64,000 nt of DNA from Cyanobacteria bacterium P01_C01_bin.118. GTDB taxonomy: Bacteria > Cyanobacteriota > Cyanobacteriia > Phormidesmidales > Phormidesmidaceae. Positions 61,097 through 64,000 of this stretch are shown here, piece after piece (position 1 is the stretch's first letter; the number at the start of each line of letters is the position of its first letter). A model generated the notes under the pieces. The model did not search any database. It saw only the letters and a program-made list of their open reading frames with translations, and was not told where the DNA came from. The stretch covers positions 317 to 64,316 of the forward strand of contig JBCCJR010000001.1 of NCBI GenBank assembly GCA_039045805.1, in the 5' to 3' direction. Position numbers and translations under genes: made by a program.

Positions 61097-62674
61097 ATGA
61101 TTACAGACCAGGGACCTGTCAATGCCGACCAGATTGTTTGGGGCAAACACGATAAGCGCCTAAGACAGACACAAAAAGCGGCATGGTTTGGCGCATTTCG
61201 GTCACAAAAAGCAGAATTTTCCTATGAAATTACTGAAATTGAAGGCTCATTGCCGGAAACACTGTTAAATTCAACCTGGTTTCACAATGGCCCCAGCGGG
61301 TTTGAGCGAGGTAACCAGCGAGTCAACCATTTCTTAGACGGGGATGGCTATCTTTGTCGAATTGCCTTTCGAGACGATGGTCGGGTGTTTTTTAACTCCA
61401 GATTTGTGCAAACGCCGGAATTCGTACAGGAAGAACAGGCCGATCGCTTTTTATTTCGTTCCACCTTTGGTACCCGCAAGCTGCAGGACAACCTGTTGGA
61501 GCTTTATCTGAAAAACCCGGCTAATGTAAATGCTGTGGCCTGGGGCGACAGGCTGCTAGCGATGTATGAGGCAGGACTCCCTTATCAGGTTGATCCCTAC
61601 ACTCTAGAAACCATCGGAGCACAAAATTCCCAGGGGCAGTTGGTTACCCAGCCGTTACCCCACTCCCGTTGGCAAACGTTACAACGCTTTGCCCGAGGAC
61701 AGTGGGCAACGACGGCCCATCCCCATAGTGATCCGGTACGCGATCGCATCGTCTTATGGCACTGGGCTGCCCAACTCAAGGGACTCACCATAGATATCGT
61801 GGAGTACGACCGTCAGTGGCAAGAGTGCGATCGCTCCCAGTTTCAAATGCCTGGGACCATGATCAATCCCCATGATTTTGCCCTGACCCAGACCTATTAC
61901 GTCTTTGTTGAAAACCGTCTCACCTTTAATCCCTGGCCATTTATCCTGGGGCGTCAGTCCCCGGCAGATTGCCTGCAACTACAAACCGAGCAGCCAACGC
62001 GGATACACTTAGTACCTCGTCCCGATGGTCCAAGGGCAGGGCAGCCAGTACAAACAGTTGAGACAGCTCCCTGGTTCTCGATTCACCAGGCCTGCGCTTA
62101 TGATCAGGCGGATGGATCGGTGGTCATGTACAGTGCCGGTTGGCCAGAGTCAGGGTTAGAACAAGGGTTTTTGAGTAGCTGGCAGGGTTATGCACCGGAT
62201 TTTGATGTCATTGCCCCCACCTATCTTTGGCAAACAACCATTCAGCCCCAGCAAGGCACAACAGAACACCAGGTTGTTCTCGACAATTATTGCATCGAGT
62301 ATCCCTGTGCTCACCCTCAGTATGAAACCCAGGCTGTGCGCTATCTTTACATGACCTATAGCAATCGTATAGGCGTGTCTTCTCCTCCTATCGGCTATCT
62401 CAAGGTGGACCTGCACACCCAAAAATCTCAAATCTGGATGGAAGATGGTCTCAGTTTTACCGATGAACCGGTGTTTGTACCTGTCGGTAAGGACGAGGAG
62501 GATGGCTGGTTGGTGGGCATGGTTTACGACCATGCAAAGGAACGTTCATCGTTGGTGATCCTCAATGCAAAAGATTTAACAGCTGGTCCAGTCTGTCGGC
62601 TGTGGTTAAATCATCGATTGGTGCCTGGATTACATGGGTCATGGGTGCCCAAATATTACGGTCCTAAGCAATAA
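61097..62674 (+). CDS. Carotenoid cleavage oxygenase (RPE65/CCD family)
   Basis: LDGDG, NPANVN, four Fe-ligand His (TAHPH, PHDFA, SIHQ, GLHGSW), EPVFVP, EEDGWL. Confidence 0.92.
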   Translation: MITDQGPVNADQIVWGKHDKRLRQTQKAAWFGAFRSQKAEFSYEITEIEGSLPETLLNSTWFHNGPSGFERGNQRVNHFLDGDGYLCRIAFRDDGRVFFNSRFVQTPEFVQEEQADRFLFRSTFGTRKLQDNLLELYLKNPANVNAVAWGDRLLAMYEAGLPYQVDPYTLETIGAQNSQGQLVTQPLPHSRWQTLQRFARGQWATTAHPHSDPVRDRIVLWHWAAQLKGLTIDIVEYDRQWQECDRSQFQMPGTMINPHDFALTQTYYVFVENRLTFNPWPFILGRQSPADCLQLQTEQPTRIHLVPRPDGPRAGQPVQTVETAPWFSIHQACAYDQADGSVVMYSAGWPESGLEQGFLSSWQGYAPDFDVIAPTYLWQTTIQPQQGTTEHQVVLDNYCIEYPCAHPQYETQAVRYLYMTYSNRIGVSSPPIGYLKVDLHTQKSQIWMEDGLSFTDEPVFVPVGKDEEDGWLVGMVYDHAKERSSLVILNAKDLTAGPVCRLWLNHRLVPGLHGSWVPKYYGPKQ

Positions 62675-62758
62675 GCTGTTCAATCGGTTTTTTGCCAGTG
62701 AATATCGATGCTGTAGGATAAATCTTTAAACAGTTGATTAGGGTAGGTGATAGGGACA

Positions 62759-63664
62759 ATGGACGTAGCCGACATCATGGAAGCGTTAAGGGAGAATAAT
62801 AATAGCAAGTCCCCCCGTAAAATCCTTAGGCAGGCCATCGCCCAAAAAGAAGATATTACACCACTGCTAATTGCAGAGTTTGTCCCTGCTGCCGAAAAAC
62901 TGGCAGAAATTGACACAAACCCAGCCTATATTGGCCACATCTACGCCTTCTACTTGCTGGCACAATTCAGAGAAACTCAAGCCTATCAACCCATCATTGA
63001 CTTTGTTTCTGTCCCCGGTGAAACCATCATGGACATCACTGGAGATTTTGTCACTGAAGATTTAGCCAATATTCTGGCGTCTGTTTGCGACGGCAATTTG
63101 GAGCCCATTAAGCAAACTATCGAAAATACTGACGTTAATGAATATGTTCGTAGTGCATGCATGAGGGCACTGCTGGGCTTGGTGGTGGAAGGAGAAATTT
63201 CTAGAGAATCAGTACTGGATTACTTTGAGGAGATATGGCCAACGTTTCGACAAGAAACAGACGGTGATGATGATTTTATTTATCATTCACTGATGATGTA
63301 CAGCTTAGACCTGTGCCCCCACGAGTCTCTGGCAGAGGTGCTCCGCCAGGACTACGAAAGCAAGCGAATATCATCCGAATGGAGTACTATTCAGGATTTA
63401 GGCTGGGCCATTGAATTGGGGCCAGAACGTGCGATCAAAAAGCTAGTTAAGCAAAAACACGGCTTTATTACTGATGTTTTCAAGTCACTTGCATGGTGGG
63501 GATGGTTCCAGGGCAGTGAGCCCAAGCAAAAACGGGTGGTTCCAGCAGGGATGGGTTCTTCATTTGGGTTTTCGGATCCGGAAAAAAGCAATACTAAACG
63601 GAAGAAAAAGCGACAAACTCAAAAACAGGCTCGTAAGCAGAATCGGTCTAAAAAGAAACGCTAG
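62759..63664 (+). CDS. DUF1186-like protein with a basic C-terminal tail
   Basis: YAFYLLAQFRE, GDFVTEDL, NEYVRSA; tail KKKRQTQKQARKQNRSKKKR. Confidence 0.75.
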   Translation: MDVADIMEALRENNNSKSPRKILRQAIAQKEDITPLLIAEFVPAAEKLAEIDTNPAYIGHIYAFYLLAQFRETQAYQPIIDFVSVPGETIMDITGDFVTEDLANILASVCDGNLEPIKQTIENTDVNEYVRSACMRALLGLVVEGEISRESVLDYFEEIWPTFRQETDGDDDFIYHSLMMYSLDLCPHESLAEVLRQDYESKRISSEWSTIQDLGWAIELGPERAIKKLVKQKHGFITDVFKSLAWWGWFQGSEPKQKRVVPAGMGSSFGFSDPEKSNTKRKKKRQTQKQARKQNRSKKKR

Positions 63665-63709
63665 TTTATAACACTCTATAAAATTAGGACGTGAGATAAT
63701 CTTTGGCGA

Positions 63710-64000
63710 CTATCCGGGTATTTGAATATCTCCGAAAGTCTTCTTCAATATCTGCCAGCAGTGTTGAGCAATATTTAACAACTGCCGATCGCTGTAGAGT
63801 GCTCCTACTAACTGACATCCTAAGGGTAAGCCCTTTACTGTGTAACCCAAAGGAATATTCAAAGCTGGTAACCCACATAGGGTCCATAGGCCACAGAATA
63901 TGGGGGAGCCTGTATTTTCTAAACCCAATGGGGCCGGTCCTGTTGTCACCGGAGCGATCACAGCATCGTATTGAGCAAAGATAGGAGCCAGTAGTTCACG
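63710..64000 (-). CDS. Amidase-signature family protein, C-terminal part; the gene starts beyond the window
   Basis: Frame open to the edge: RELLAPIFAQYDAVIAP...WTLCGLPALNIP...GLPLGCQLVG...DRQLL. Confidence 0.85.
   Translation of the reverse strand, partial: RELLAPIFAQYDAVIAPVTTGPAPLGLENTGSPIFCGLWTLCGLPALNIPLGYTVKGLPLGCQLVGALYSDRQLLNIAQHCWQILKKTFGDIQIPG

Noticed and set aside
63684-63984. Track ORFs 63684-63887 (-) and 63703-63984 (+)
   Set aside because: They overlap the amidase C-terminal frame, which carries recognisable motifs

Overview
A gene-dense chromosomal segment from a cyanobacterium. The assignment rests on frequent HIP1 octamers (GCGATCGC), a PatA-type regulator, a CyaB-type adenylate cyclase, an Omp85-lpxC-fabZ-lpxA-lpxB cluster and an NtcA box. 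The gene style suggests a filamentous Leptolyngbya-like strain, which is inference. Most genes are housekeeping: gor, an aldehyde dehydrogenase, lysS, purC, eno, gloA, clpB, rsmE and two orphan histidine kinases. Accessory blocks include a four-gene membrane glycosylation cluster, a PpiC-HlyB-HlyD type I secretion operon, an orphan TpsB and a hydantoinase A/B plus carbamoylase catabolic locus. The best-supported feature missing from the ORF track is a complete nitrogen-control module at 9722-10176 (- strand): sigma70 promoter, NtcA box over the -10, glutamine riboswitch with a long P2, a 56-aa DUF4278-like protein, and a terminator. Other notable items are an AT-rich islet after clpB with a membrane-anchored GIY-YIG nuclease and a frameshifted ORF, two families of intergenic repeats, an unannotated 52-aa secreted-peptide ORF, and several repeated intergenic motifs. 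I found no rRNA, tRNA, CRISPR array or transposase. All product calls come from motif recognition, not database searches.
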